A DNA stretch of 64,000 nucleotides from Lama guanicoe (Eukaryota), in the NCBI GenBank assembly GCA_013239625.1, contig MU054098.1, positions 2,543,104 to 2,607,103 of the forward strand, in the 5' to 3' direction. The notes beneath the pieces were generated by a model. The model made no database searches, was not told the DNA's origin, and was given only the letters and a program-made list of their open reading frames with translations. Each line of letters begins with the position of its first letter. The stretch's first letter is position 1. A program made the position numbers and the translations under genes. Of the stretch, positions 14,985 to 28,100 are shown piece after piece.

Positions 14985-15500
14985 CACTTAGAATGTCTTC
15001 AGCTTCCTGTAACAGGAAAGTATGCTTAAAAGTGGGTTAACAAAATGAGTTTTCATCTCACACCACTGGAAGTCTGGAGGTTGAGCAGCTCCCAGATTGG
15101 TTAATTCAATGGCTCAAATACATCATAAAGGACGTAATTTATGCCTTCTTTAACATGGAGGCTGCATCTTTTAGGTTGGCTCTCTTCATAGTCCCAAGAT
15201 GGCTACCAAAGTCTTTGGTATCACATGCAGATGACAACATTCAGAGGAAAAATGAGGAAATATATCTTTTCTTACATCTCTTTTTAAGAACAAAGACACT
15301 TGTCCCAGAAACCCTCTAGCACATCTCATTGGCCAGAACTGCATCACATGCTCAAATCTAGGTCAATCACAACCCAAAGAAATGGAATTACCAATGTTAA
15401 CTTAGTCTGAGACTAATTAAGATTCTTCCTTGAGGTGAAGGAGGGGCTTCTTGCCTTAGCACATGGCTGCATAGAGGGAGGAGGTTAAATATACAAGCAA
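14985..15500. mobile_element. Old MLT1-type LTR fragment
   Basis: cccaagatggctaccaaag..., catctcattggccagaactgcatcacatg... resemble MLT1 LTR segments. Confidence 0.5.
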
Positions 15501-15559
15501 AATCAGAGAGCTACTGATAGAACATTCCCCATCTCTATCCCCACTACAATTTCATGCAG

Positions 15560-15960
15560 TAATTTAATACATATCTATTGAGAGCCTACTATGTGCCAGG
15601 CTCTGGGTACAGAGTAGTAAACATGACAGATAGGGTTCTTGCTATTATGGAGGTTACATTTTATTTGGGAGAGCTAGATGTTAAAATAATAAATAAAAAT
15701 ATGATCATTTCAAATAATGATAAGCTTTTCAAGAAAATCAAGTCAGAATCATGAGACAGAGGGTGACATGAAGGGGGTTGCTCCATTAGAAAAGTTGGTC
15801 TTCGGAGGCTTAGTGAGGAAATGACATCTGATCTGAAATCTTCATGATAAGAAGGAAACTGAAGATCTAGTAGAAGAAGATTATGGACAGTGAACCACAT
15901 GTACAAAGTTCCCAAGGTGGCCACACATGTGAGAGGTTTGAAGAACAGAAAGAAAGCCAA
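15560..15960 (-). mobile_element. L2 3' fragment (others near 9180-9800, 19750-20770, 23380-23780, 33800-34430)
   Basis: tattgagagcctactatgtgccaggctctgggtacagagtagtaaacatgacaga matches the L2 3'-end pattern. Confidence 0.6.
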
Positions 15961-16419
15961 TGTTCTCTTAAAATACCATTGTGTTTTATATATCTACACC
16001 TGAGCACCTGCTGTGTCCATCTAGAATGACCACTCTACACTGCTGTCCAGCAAATTCTTACCAACCCTTTAAGACATATCTCAAATATTACTTTCTCTTC
16101 AATTACCTCCCCAGGTAAAGTTGAACACTTCCTCCTTTGTTTCCCTACTATATATTAGACTCCTTATCACACTGTAGTGTATTTACCTTATTTTCATTTT
16201 TCTGTCTCCCTCTAGACTTGGAAATGTTTGAAGGCAAGGGCTAAGTCATTTATATATACATATACATATATATTTGTATTCCCTCCTGCTAAGTGTTCTG
16301 GGCATGACAAATACTGGGTGTATAACCAGTATTAAATTGAAACATGGACTATCTACTATTCTTAGCACTATTGTAGGCATTATTGAGCATACAAAAGAAT
16401 CTACCTTCATTGAAGAAGT

Positions 16420-16630
16420 TCAGAATGTAGACTCTAGAAGCTTGGCTCTAATTCCATTCCCACCACTTACTAGCTATGTGAACTTAAGTAAATTACTTAA
16501 CCTCTCCGTGTCTCAGGCTCCTTATCTGTGAGGTAGGAGATAATGGAAACTGTCTGAAAATAAGGAATAATTTAAATAATGCATGTGAAGCATTTAGCAC
16601 ACAGTATCTGGCCAATGATAAGTGCTTAAT
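16420..16630 (+). mobile_element. MIR SINE (one of many; others near 6660, 22150, 24720, 29130, 29430, 31970, 40100, 44395, 50720, 52390)
   Basis: ccacttactagctatgtgaacttaagtaaattacttaacctctccgtgtctcag...aagcatttagcacacag matches the MIR core. Confidence 0.7.
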
Positions 16631-19600
16631 GTTAATTTATTATTATTTATAAATTAATAAAATTATTAGATTGATGAGATTTGTACAAATGAAAAACATA
16701 ATACTGCAAATACACCACTACATAGGATGGTCCTAAAGTGCCTTCTGAAACAAGATGTTGTGGTGTCTTGACCTCAGCAAAGCATTGCTGAATGAGAAAT
16801 GAAGAAAAAAAGTCACAGTCTAATCTGTGTTGGCCTTACCATTCTAGAGAACTGTGTCCATTTCTGAGCAGCATAGAAAAACCAAGTATGGTATAAATAG
16901 AAGCAGACCACTAAGATGCTCAACATTCTAGACACGAGGAGACTCCTCAGTGCAGAGAGAGACATAAGAGCTGAAATCAAACATGCGAAGGCTTGTCATG
17001 TAGAAGAAAGGAGGGCTTTGCTCCATGCTGCTCTAGAGAGCAGAACTGGGGCCATGGAAAAGAATTTGTAGCAAGGTGATTTCAGCTGAATATAGAGAAG
17101 CAGTTGCTGAAGGTCAGCGCTCACCATGAAGGTGAGAAAGTGTTGAGTTTCTCATCAGTGGAGGTGCTCATTAACTGAACAATCACTTATCAAGGATGTT
17201 GTCAAGGGGGCTTTTTCACTGGACAGGGGATTATTCTAGATGACCTTCAGGGTCTCTTGCAGGAGGCTCAAGATTTGGACCTTTCCCTTCCTGGGGAAGA
17301 TTAGTGTTACTACATTAAAATTAGGAAGTTCACAAAGTGGTCCTCTTAAAGGAGTCAAAATGTTCTCAGAATCTACACACATAGGCACACACACACAAGC
17401 TTCCTCTGCCCCGCCCACTTCCGTGTCTATCTACATGAAATTTCCACTTTAGTCTCTCCTTGGATTGGGCATTCAAGGTTCCTGTTCAAATGTCACTTTT
17501 TCCTAGATGAGATATGGCTTTAAGACACTCAGTTGTCATCATCAGCTATCACAGTGCCTGGTACACATTCACTGAATGTGCTTATTATCCACCATTCACA
17601 GTTGAGATTGTACAAGTTTATCAGATTAAATCCACTTTCCTTAACGGGATCTGAAGAGATGGACAAGTACACAGATAAGCTTGGATAAGGGTGAGAGATC
17701 ACAAGGGTTTCACCATTCAATTTCAATCTTCATGGCACAGAGAGCAAGCCACACACAGATACCATGCCCCTCCAAAGGCACTATTATTTTTTACTTAGGT
17801 GGAAAGCCAGGCTTTCCTCCTCACAAAGTCCTGAGCTGGGTAATGATCTGGGCTGGGATTTGGCTAGACCACTTTGTGTCCTGGCCTTCTGCCCAGCCCA
17901 TTGATTCAGCTCTTTAAGTCTCATCATTTAAACCCACAAATGTCACAGATCCCATTAGACAAACTCCTCTGGCTAGCAGCACAGAAAAGCGGGAATATGA
18001 TAAGCCCCCTGAGGCAGCCTGTTAGACCATTCCTAATCTTTCATGCTTGGGGGACTACACTGGGAGTGGGGTTCACTTGTAGAATGGCATGCAGTGCTGG
18101 CTGCTTTCATCTCATTTAGTTAAGAATGCACCTCAAGGCTGGCGCATAATGATGGGAAGGCCAACCTCACCTCCTGGCTTAGGTTAATGGCAGCTGAATG
18201 CAATCTGCCAAGTATAAAGGTAAAGGGTGATGGAAAGGAACCTTCCCAATAATACATCTTCAAGAGATGCCAGAAACTCCATCATGAATTACTTATTCCC
18301 AGGATAATGGCAAAGTAGGACTAACAGCAACCATGTGAAGAAAGGATTGGTCTCAGAGCTTGGAGCTAAAGCTGTGAAGGCCAAATGGCACCAACTGTGG
18401 GGATTGGCAGGGGACAGGACACTAGGCAAGTCGTTAGACATACATATAAGCCTCCATGTAAACAGACAACATGGGGAACCCATTTTACATCACTCTCAGT
18501 GTGTAGTGTAGAGGTGGGTATGGATACTTAAAAGAGATTTCCAAGGCTGACACCAGGCCTCTCCTTTTCCCTCCAACACATCTTCCATGTCCTTCTAAAC
18601 ATACATCTCTTTACTCCCAAGACCACAGCCACTTCCCCAATCAAGGAATCCACATTAAGGTGTTACTAGCTGTTGCCATGTGATTTATTATTCCTTCCAG
18701 GGGTAGCTATAGAGATGTAGTGCCTTAAAGCAAAGAAGTGACTCTCTAATAGTACAATCTCAGGCAAACCTCTAGTAGAGATATTTTTTTCTCTCTACAG
18801 GCGAGTACCATGAGGCTTCTCATAACACAGCCCACTGGAAACGCAACAGACTGGATTAATTTCAAATGCAGGAGATAAAAAGTAATCTTAGATGCTGAAT
18901 TGACTTTATATCACCCAATTACACTTACTTCAAGTCTCAAATTTGCTGTGATTTTTACTGTCTTCTGTCTTTGCTACTATAACCCACACATCTGGCACAT
19001 GGTGAGAGCTCAGTGAATGGTCCTGCTTGCTGCTTTCATCATTGTTACTATTAGAAGCAGGTAGTAGTATTAGTGCTGCCCCAGTACTTGGCACAGTGCC
19101 TGAGACAAATTATCCAAAACTATAATAATTATTTTATTGCACCAGCTCCTAGCATAGTGTCCAGCACACAATAGGGCACCAATTGAGTTAGTTCCCTTTG
19201 TTCTCACCCTCCCCTGAGGTACATTTGTCTTCAGATAACCCCCCAGCTGTACCTTGAGAAAGTGGGCACAGACCTTCCTGGAACAATACTGCTTAGCCCA
19301 GCACCACCAATGACACCACCTGAAAAGATATCCAGCCTTTTCTTCCATGGTAGCCCCTTAAGGGGCAAATGGGCAGCAAGGGTTTAAGATCATTTTTAGA
19401 TGTGGAAACTGAGGGTTTGGGCTATTGCTTTGTAATTTTAGTTCCCCTCTAATACCTGTATCCTCTTATAGCCTAAAAACTATGTCCCCCAACACTGTCT
19501 CCCAACTAGACTATGATCAATCTCACCATCTTTGTTCTTGCACTGTGCAGTACCTGAACTACCCTCCCATTTTCACACTAAATTCATCCTCCAAGGACTG

Positions 19601-22457
19601 GTTAAGAGCTACCTTCTCCATGAAACCTTCCCTGAGTCTTCCAGCCTCACAGAGCCCTTTCTGAAATCCCAAAGCATCCAATCAGTACCACATAATTTAG
19701 CACTTCATTCTGTGACTGCCAACCTCCTCAGCTAGACTGTATTTACTCATTAAATATCGATTTGCTGAGCACTCATCACATTCCAGACCCTGTGTAAGTG
19801 CTAAGAAGGCAGGAATCAAGGTACTCCTACCCGAATGGCAGGAAGACAAACATGCAGTTGAATGACATTGGAGAAATGTGGTCTAAGTACCAGTGGGGAA
19901 CTCAGAGGGAGATTGGCTAACTTTCTAAGGGTGTTAGAGGAAGGCTTCACACAGAATGGGACCTATGAGCAAGGTGCTGAAGTGGAGAGGAGTTTGTTAA
20001 GTGGAGGAAATGGGATGAAGCCATGTGCAAACGGCAACTCAGAGAACACAGCTCAGTGTGGCTAGAACTTAGGGTGAGATGGAGAGAGATGAGAAAATAT
20101 CATAGAAGGTTTAGTCATTCATTCATCAAATATATATCGAGCATCCAGAGTGTGCCAGGAAATTGACTAGGTGCAAGTGCTAGGAAAACAGGGCAGATGC
20201 AACCCCTGCACTTCAGGTTTAAAGCGAATTGGCCAGAATAGATGATTACCCAGGAAGACAGAGAAATATGTAACTAGAAATTCTGGTGAGCATTAGGAAG
20301 GAAGAGGAAAGGATACAATGGAGAGAAGAATATGAAGAAACTACTTTACAGAGGATGGTTAGTGAGGACTTCTCTGAAGAGGTGACAATTTATTGAGGTT
20401 TAAAAGATGAAAAGAGCTGGAGAAGTGTTCCAGGAGGTGATCAAAGGTCTTGAAGTGGGGATAAGCTTGGCATGTTGGAAGGATCAAAAGAAGCTCCACA
20501 GGGCTAAAGAATAGTAGATGAGGGTGAGAGAGTGGTTTAAGGTGATGGAGAGGTGAACACAAGCCAAGATCAAGTAGATTTCAGAAAGAAGTATTGATTT
20601 CATCACAAGATTATCAGGAAACTAATCAAGAAGAGTGAAATGGGATCATATTTGTGTTTCACAGGATAACTTGGGGGTGATGTGGAAGACAATCTGCAGG
20701 GGGAGACAATAAAGTCAGGATGATTAATTATAAGGATGTGGAACAGTCCAGGTGAGAGATGATGAAGGCAGCGAACTTTTTTTTCTTCTGTTCCAAAAGT
20801 GACTAGCATGGTGATAGGCACACTGAAGGCCTCTACTGTGTGCATATTGATTACTTAAATACATACAAACTGAATTGGGCTATTGAGTCTCTTTTCAGGA
20901 GATCACAGTGTCTCTTCTTTCTCCTCTCTTTTTTCTTTATAATGGAGACAGGGAGTCATTCGGCAATTAGCATTATTAAAGTCATTTGCTGTTTAGTGAC
21001 AAATGCTTTCCCTAAATGCCACTTTCCTTTACTCACTGCTGAGTTACTTGAAAGTAGCACAAGAAAATATCAGCGCTTCTCAAGACAGCCAAGCAGCACC
21101 CTGCTTTCCTAAGATTTGGATGTGGAGAGAAATTTGTCATTTGGGCCTGTTCAGGGCAAGAGGCAACACTAACCTTCAAATACTAACTTCCCAGAAGATC
21201 ACAAGCACATGAATTGCAAATGCCACTTGGTATAATATATGCATCTCACTCTGCCAAAGCAGAGATGTAATTACCTGGAAGAGTAAGGCAAATGTTTATG
21301 GAAGCTTCATGTCTTCATCTCCTCTTATATCTAGGAGATGAGACAAGAGGCTCTTTATCACATTTCCATTTCTTTTTGCTGGTGAAACAGTTCAGTAATG
21401 AAAGACACTCAAATGGGTTCATTCAAACTCAGCCTCCAGAGGGTCCTGGAGGTCGCAGATGTGGGAGGGAAAGGGGAGTCAATCACCTAATGGGTCTGCA
21501 CCTCATCTTCTCCCCTGGGGAGGACAACCATTCCTATCTCATTGGGCTAGTACAAGGAGTCAACGAGGAATGTTCATGAATCTAATCTGTAAACTACGGC
21601 AAGAGCTCTATACTGTGATTCATTCTACACAATTAAAGGCAAAGACTGATTGTCTTTTATTCTTGGTCTCCCAAAGAAAGTTAAACATATTATAGGAACT
21701 CAATAATAGGTTTTGCTTTGAAATCACTTCTATTAAAATCTGGGCTTTAGATGTATGGCCTATAAAACAGATCATTCACTTCTCAGAATTGAATCAAAGA
21801 GATTCTCAGATCTGTCAGGTCTTTCATTTGGTGGAGGAAAAAAATCATGAGTGAGTATAAGAGGAGGTACCTGGCTTTAGTCTGTTGGAGTCAATACCCC
21901 CTCCCCAGTGAGGGTTTCAGTTAGTCCTAAAACAAGCTTTCATTCCAGGATCTGCATCTGGGGAAGCTGCAAATGTAATCCTACAAATTAGCACAGGGCT
22001 CCCAGCCCAGGGTCCAAAGGAAATTGGCCAAAGATGAGCTCCAACTTTGCATCATCAATCAGAAGTATTATCAAGCATATTTTCAGATGGCAGAAGGGAA
22101 GGAGGAAACTAACTAGTGCCATGTCTCAGGAGGTTTACTCTGTGCCAGTTGCTTTGATCAGTTACAATCTCATTCAACTTTCACAAGAGCTTTATGAGGT
22201 AGGAATTAGTCTTTAGCACAGGGCCCGGTACACAGTAAGCAGTCACTAAATCATTACTGCTATTAATGTTATTAATATTGATAAGCTTAATAACAATAAA
22301 CTGAAGCACAGTAGGCTTGAGTAACTTCTTGAAGGTCACAGAGCTGGTAAAGCCAGGATTTGAAGCCAGGTCTTTCTGACCCCAAAGTTCTGGGCTTTTT
22401 CTGCTATACCCCTTTGCAAAAGGAGAAAGATTGGGTCTTTAAAATAGCTTAGGATTT

Positions 22458-22558
22458 GGGGGAGGGTAATAGTTCAGTGGTAGAGTGCCTGCTTAGCATG
22501 CAAGAGGTCCTGGGTTCAATCCCCAGTACCTCCATTTAAAAAAAAACCTTGGAAAAAA
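22458..22558 (+). mobile_element. tRNA-Ala-derived SINE (Vic-1-like, camelid)
   Basis: ggggagggtaatagttcagtggtagagtgcctgcttagcatgcaagaggtcctgggttcaatccccagtacctcc followed by an A tail. A/B boxes present; imperfect TSD aatagcttaggattt / aacagtttaggattt. Confidence 0.85.
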
Positions 22559-22673
22559 GAACAGTTTAGGATTTTCCAAGTTGCTCCAAAACTGGCCACT
22601 TAAGACCTTCAGGTATCTAAGAATATTTTTGGTCTCCCCCTCTTTCCTCATTCAGGTTTCTAAATTGCTATAA

Positions 22674-23135
<462 letters not shown>

Positions 23136-23784
23136 TAGGCTGGAGTTGAGAGGCCCTATCATGGCAATGCTCTGCTCTCAAAAAATAGCATCAGTAATCT
23201 CAGGCAGCTTCCTAGAGCTGGCCTGCATGGCCCACACTGAGTTTTACTCGTTTGCCTTTTCCTTATTAGTATTTGCCTATATAAATTTAATACTTAACAA
23301 CCCAAAAGTGTGATCTCTGTTTCCAGAATATGCAAGCTTTTTCTACCCTCACTACCCCCTGCTCTATATCTTCATTTCCTTCCTCTTCTCAAAGGTTACA
23401 TTCTAGAGAAGGAGAAACCAAACACAGGTCTGAGATTTCTCCTTCTCACCAGCTCTCTCTTGAAGGACAGGAGGCCTTCAAACTTGAGGGCCACAGAGCA
23501 GATGCAGATGGATACAGGGACTTTCATATTTCTCCAGTTCTGGTCATGTGACTGCATTCCACCCCTAGATGTTTGGGTTTTTGTCTCTGTGATTCTCCTA
23601 CCCTCCAAGGCACCTAGGTTTAATACTCTGGAGTCATCTTTCAGTCCTTTCTCTCCCTTGTCTCCATGTTCAAGCTCTAAGTAAGCCCTGTGAGTTCTTC
23701 TCAAAATCTGTTACATCCTTTCTTTCCTCTCTAGCCCAGCTCCCATCACTCCACCTCTGGTTCTCATCACCTCTCTCCTAGATG

Positions 23785-23980
23785 AGTGATTCTCCAAGTG
23801 TGGTTCCTGGACCAGAAGCATGAGCATCACTAGGGGAACTTATTAGAAAATGCAAATGCAAAAGTCTCAGGCCCCAGCACAGACTGACTGAATCAGGCAC
23901 TCTGAGGCTGGGGCCCTGCAAGCTGTGTCTTAGCAAGCCCTCCAGGGAAGTCTGATGCCCACTCAGATTTGAGAATCACT
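23785..23980. mobile_element. MER5A hAT-Charlie MITE
   Basis: gtgattctccaagtgtggttcctggaccagaagcatgagcatcac...gccctccagggaagtctgatg...tttgagaatcact. Confidence 0.8.
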
Positions 23981-26507
23981 ATCCTAGACTAACATGAAAA
24001 ATTCTGTCTCGATTCCCTGCCTCTAGCCTTTCTTTCTCTCAAGCCATTCTGAACAATGATACTGGCTTATTCCTCCCAGAAAAGCATAACAATCCCAATC
24101 ATTCCTGTCCATCTTTCAGTGACTCTTAGGTCTCCTCATTAGAAGAGAAACCAGCGCCTGAAGCCTAGCACCCAAAACCCTTCATTAATGGCCTTTCCCA
24201 GTCCTGTCTCCTCATAGTCTTGTCTAAACCCCTCAAGTCAGACAGGTCTCTTCATGGTCTCTCTTCCTTTGGAGTATAGTAGGGGCACATAGTAGGAACA
24301 AAGTAAATACAAAATCATCAAACATGGAATATCATAATACATTACAAAGTAGAAATAATACAAGTAAAAACCAAAATTGTAAAATGCTTAGAAAATACTG
24401 ATAATGAAAACACTCAACATCAGATCTTATGGGACGTGACCAAAGCTGGGTACAAAGGGAATTCACAGCTTTAATACTTGCCTAGTTAAACAAAAAGGAA
24501 GGAAAATAAGCTAACTAATAACTCACAGACTAGGAATTGGAATTGACAGAGCATAAAGCAAGATACTAGATTAAAAGTCCCTTGAATAAAGGGTCTGAAT
24601 CAGCATTTAACATGGTGCAAAGAGAGAAGGGACCTTATCTCTCTTCTTTAGTGCTGTCTCCCAGCACGGGGAAAGTGACTGCCATATCACAGGCCCTCAA
24701 TAAATATTTATTTTATGAATGAATAGTATGCAACTGTGCTGTGCTAAGCATCTTACAAAACTTAATCCTCCCAGCTACTCTGTTAGGCAGACACTATTAT
24801 TATTGTCCCCCTTCCACCAGTGAGACAAACTGAGTCACAGGAAAGTTAAGTCAATGGTTCAAGATCACAATAAATGTCAGAGCCAGGCAGCCTAGCTCTT
24901 AAACCCACCCTCTTAACCACTAGGCTCTACTGGTTCTCTGGCAGTCTGGGTTAAGCCTTAGAACTTCCACCACTGAAGTTTTGAGACAGGGTAGCTCAGT
25001 GGAGGATGGATGACCTCTCTGGAAAGGATAGGCCTACAGAATTTGGAAACATAGCAAAGCAGAGAAGTGTGAGCATGTTCCCTATTCAGTCTGTATCACC
25101 ACCCCATCAAAACTGATTTGTTCTGAGCCCCATTTCCCTAGAGCCCTGCTAAGTGAGTGATTTAATATACTAATCTGAACTAAGGCTACATGGCTACTCT
25201 GCTCCATGATGATCTTGGCCACCTCTGAAATTATGTAGCCTTTGGCTCTATCACTCACTTGACACCAATCACATACTACCATGGACTATTGGTCAGCCTT
25301 ACTTGTGTGAATGTCTGGTGTCTGTAACTAGATTGTTTCTTAAATGCCCATCTGTTTCCATGCATCCCCCATCAGTACCTAACCCACTGCCTAGTATATG
25401 ATGGGCGATATATAAATACTTGCTGGTGAACATGATGGAGTTAAGTGTATCTCCCAGAAATCACATTGCTAGCTGATTGACAAGACATACTGGACTTCCA
25501 TATTCAATCCAGTTTAGCTTCATAACAGTTTTAAAAGCAGGGAAAGCACAGAGGAGTTTCCAAAGAGGGGACTAGCAACACCAGCCCTATCTGAGTTTTG
25601 AAAGTAGGCCAAGTCTTTATTTGATGTCCCCCATTTCCCCCATCTTTCCCCAGTGCTCTGGCAAACCCTGAGGAAGAAAGGCATTGGGTAAATTCACTCT
25701 AAAGCACAATCTAAGGCATGACCTCCCCTGGAGAAAAGTAGTGTTTAACTCACAGGAATGAATCACTAATGGTGGAAAGTCAGGCATATGAAACCTGGGT
25801 GAAGCAATTTGGGACAGGCTGTCTTTTATCAAGATCCCTTCAGACACTCTGCCAATATAAACCTCATTTGGCCATAACTCAAATTTCATACCATATACAT
25901 AAGCCCACAAAGCCATAGGCTCCATCCCCAGGTCTCTTCAGCAGCCTTCTCTTCCCTTGCTCCTCTCTCTCCCAACACCCCCTCCCAACCAGCTACTACT
26001 AAATTTAATTTTCTTCCATTGCTCTGACAATTGCAGCGATAAGTCATATATCAGTAACTATAACAACAGGCTGCCACAGAGCTCTGCCTTTCTAGGAGAT
26101 AGAAACAAGATTTATTTACCTGGGAGCAGTCAGGGATGTGAGCAAACACAGGAGTCCTGAAGGACCTGGGGTCCAGCTGGGTAGGCTACTCTCGGGAAGG
26201 CACTCTTCCCACATACAGAATCCAAACACCTGTCCTTTCTCATGGAGGCCCTCCCCTATCTCACCAAAGGATTGGGCACAGCTGATCTCCATCAGTCCTG
26301 GGTGGATAAACTAGTACCCTCTTTACTGAGCAAGGAATTTGGCCTCAGGCTGACAACAAGACCCCCTCTGCTCCACCCTTACACCAACACATAGTGCTCT
26401 TCTCCCTCTTCTAACCTATCAAAACTGCTCTCAGATAAAGACCAAAGGCTGGGCATAAATGGCTGACACTGGCTTCAAGTATCACTCACATGGAGACCTG
26501 CATTTTT

Positions 26508-26817
26508 TATTGAAGTATAGTCAGTTTACAATGTTGTGTCAATTGCTGGTGTACAGCATAATGTTTCAGTCATACACATACATACATATATTCCTTTTCA
26601 TATTCTTTTTCATTATACACCATTACAAGGTATTGAATATAATTCTCTGTACTATACAGAAGAAACTTGTTTATCTATTTTATATATAGTAGTTAATATC
26701 TGCAAATCTCAAACTCCCAATTTACCCCATCCCACCCCCTTCCCCCACTGGTAACCATAAGTTTGTTTTCTATGTCTGTGAGTCTGTTTCTGTTGTGTAA
26801 ATAAGTTCATTTGTGAC
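26508..26817 (-). mobile_element. L1 3' end, antisense
   Basis: ttttattgaagtatagtcagtttacaatgttgtg...; TSD acctgcattttt at 26496-26507 and 26818-26829. Confidence 0.8.
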
Positions 26818-27466
26818 ACCTGCATTTTTAATAGGGACCAAATCTTAAAGTAAAAGTGGTGGTGCTCTATCAGCTAGAATTCTATCAGGTAGAATTTCCT
26901 GCACAGACAAGTAGAAGACTGTGCATGTATGTGTGTCTGTGTGTATGTTCTTATTCTGTTGTCTTCTTGTGCATGTGTTATTCTGTGGTCTTCTTGCTAC
27001 TCCAGAAAACCAACCCTCTTGGCAGCATCCACTCCCTAACCACTACGGCCTATTTCCTTAGGCATAGATATTGGCAACCTAAGGGATCTGTGATTCCTTG
27101 GGGTAAAAACTCTAAAATAACTCTTAGATTTCAGAATTTTGGGAGTACAGAAAGTTTTATACCAGCCTATTTCTTGTCTATCAAGCCTCCTCCCTTTGGC
27201 CCACTGACTCTCGAAATCTTGTTAGCAGGGAGAGCAAATCCAGCTACAATCCGGAGAGGAGTCTTGTGTCTGTCTATGATCAAAACCAGCTCAAAAATCA
27301 AGCTTTGTGCATATGGAGAACTTGTCAAACTGCAGACTCCTGAGCCCCACTGCATACCTACAAAATCAGAATCTTGGGTTTGGGGCCTGGAATCAACATT
27401 ATAATAAGCCCACTCCCCCCCCACACACACACACCCATTTCTAGGTAAGAGGTCTATGTGCCTCTC

Positions 27467-27904
27467 AGTATTAGTTTCCTAAGGTTGCCATAGCAAATTA
27501 CCACAAACTGGGTGGCTTAAAATAAAAGCAACATACTCTGTCATAGTTCAAGAGGTCAGAGGTCCAAACTGCAGGTGTTGGCAGGCCTGGTTCCTTCCAG
27601 AGTCTCTAAGACAGAATCTGTCCCATGCCTCAGCTTATAGTTACGTCACTCCAGTCCCTGCCTCCGTCACTACACAGACTTCTCCTCTGTGTCTTTCCTC
27701 TGTGTGTCTGTGTCCAAATCTCCCTCTCCTCTCTCTTGTAAAGACACCAGTCATTTGATTTGGGGCCCAGCGTAATCCACGACTACCTCATTTTAACTTG
27801 ATTACATCTACAAAGACCATTTTTCCAAATAAGATCACATTCACAGGTACTGGGTGTTAAGACTTGAACATGTCTTTTGAGAAGACACAATTCAACCCAC
27901 TACA
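27467..27904. mobile_element. MLT1 (ERVL-MaLR) solo LTR, apparently inserted into a MER5A fragment (about 27290-27925)
   Basis: gtattagtttcctaaggttgccatagcaaattaccacaaactgggtggcttaaaa...ttcaacccactaca. MER5A-like sequence lies upstream and resumes with tgagaaacactag. Confidence 0.75.
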
Positions 27905-28056
27905 CTCTCTATGAGAAACACTAGTCTAGGCAAGTGGTTTTCAAACATTTTTCAGTAGCAGAGCCTTTTATTAAATGAAATCCTGCCCAGACATAAAACA
28001 GACCCAAGCAGAGCGGCCCTCGTTTAAGTGCAGGTCAGAGCCCAAAGCCCCACTTG

Positions 28057-28059
<3 letters not shown>

Positions 28060-28097
<38 letters not shown>
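28060..28097. repeat. (AC)n microsatellite, about 19 units
   Basis: Uninterrupted acacac... run. Confidence 0.95.

Positions 28098-28100
<3 letters not shown>

Noticed and set aside
22458..22535. tRNA-Ala-like gene (also at 42079, 52805 and 61660)
   Set aside because: A-rich tails, TSDs and multiple diverged copies indicate tRNA-derived SINEs, not tRNA genes.
26856..27404. 182-aa ORF
   Set aside because: Non-ATG start, low-complexity TG-rich portion, and it ends in a MER5A; no recognisable domain.
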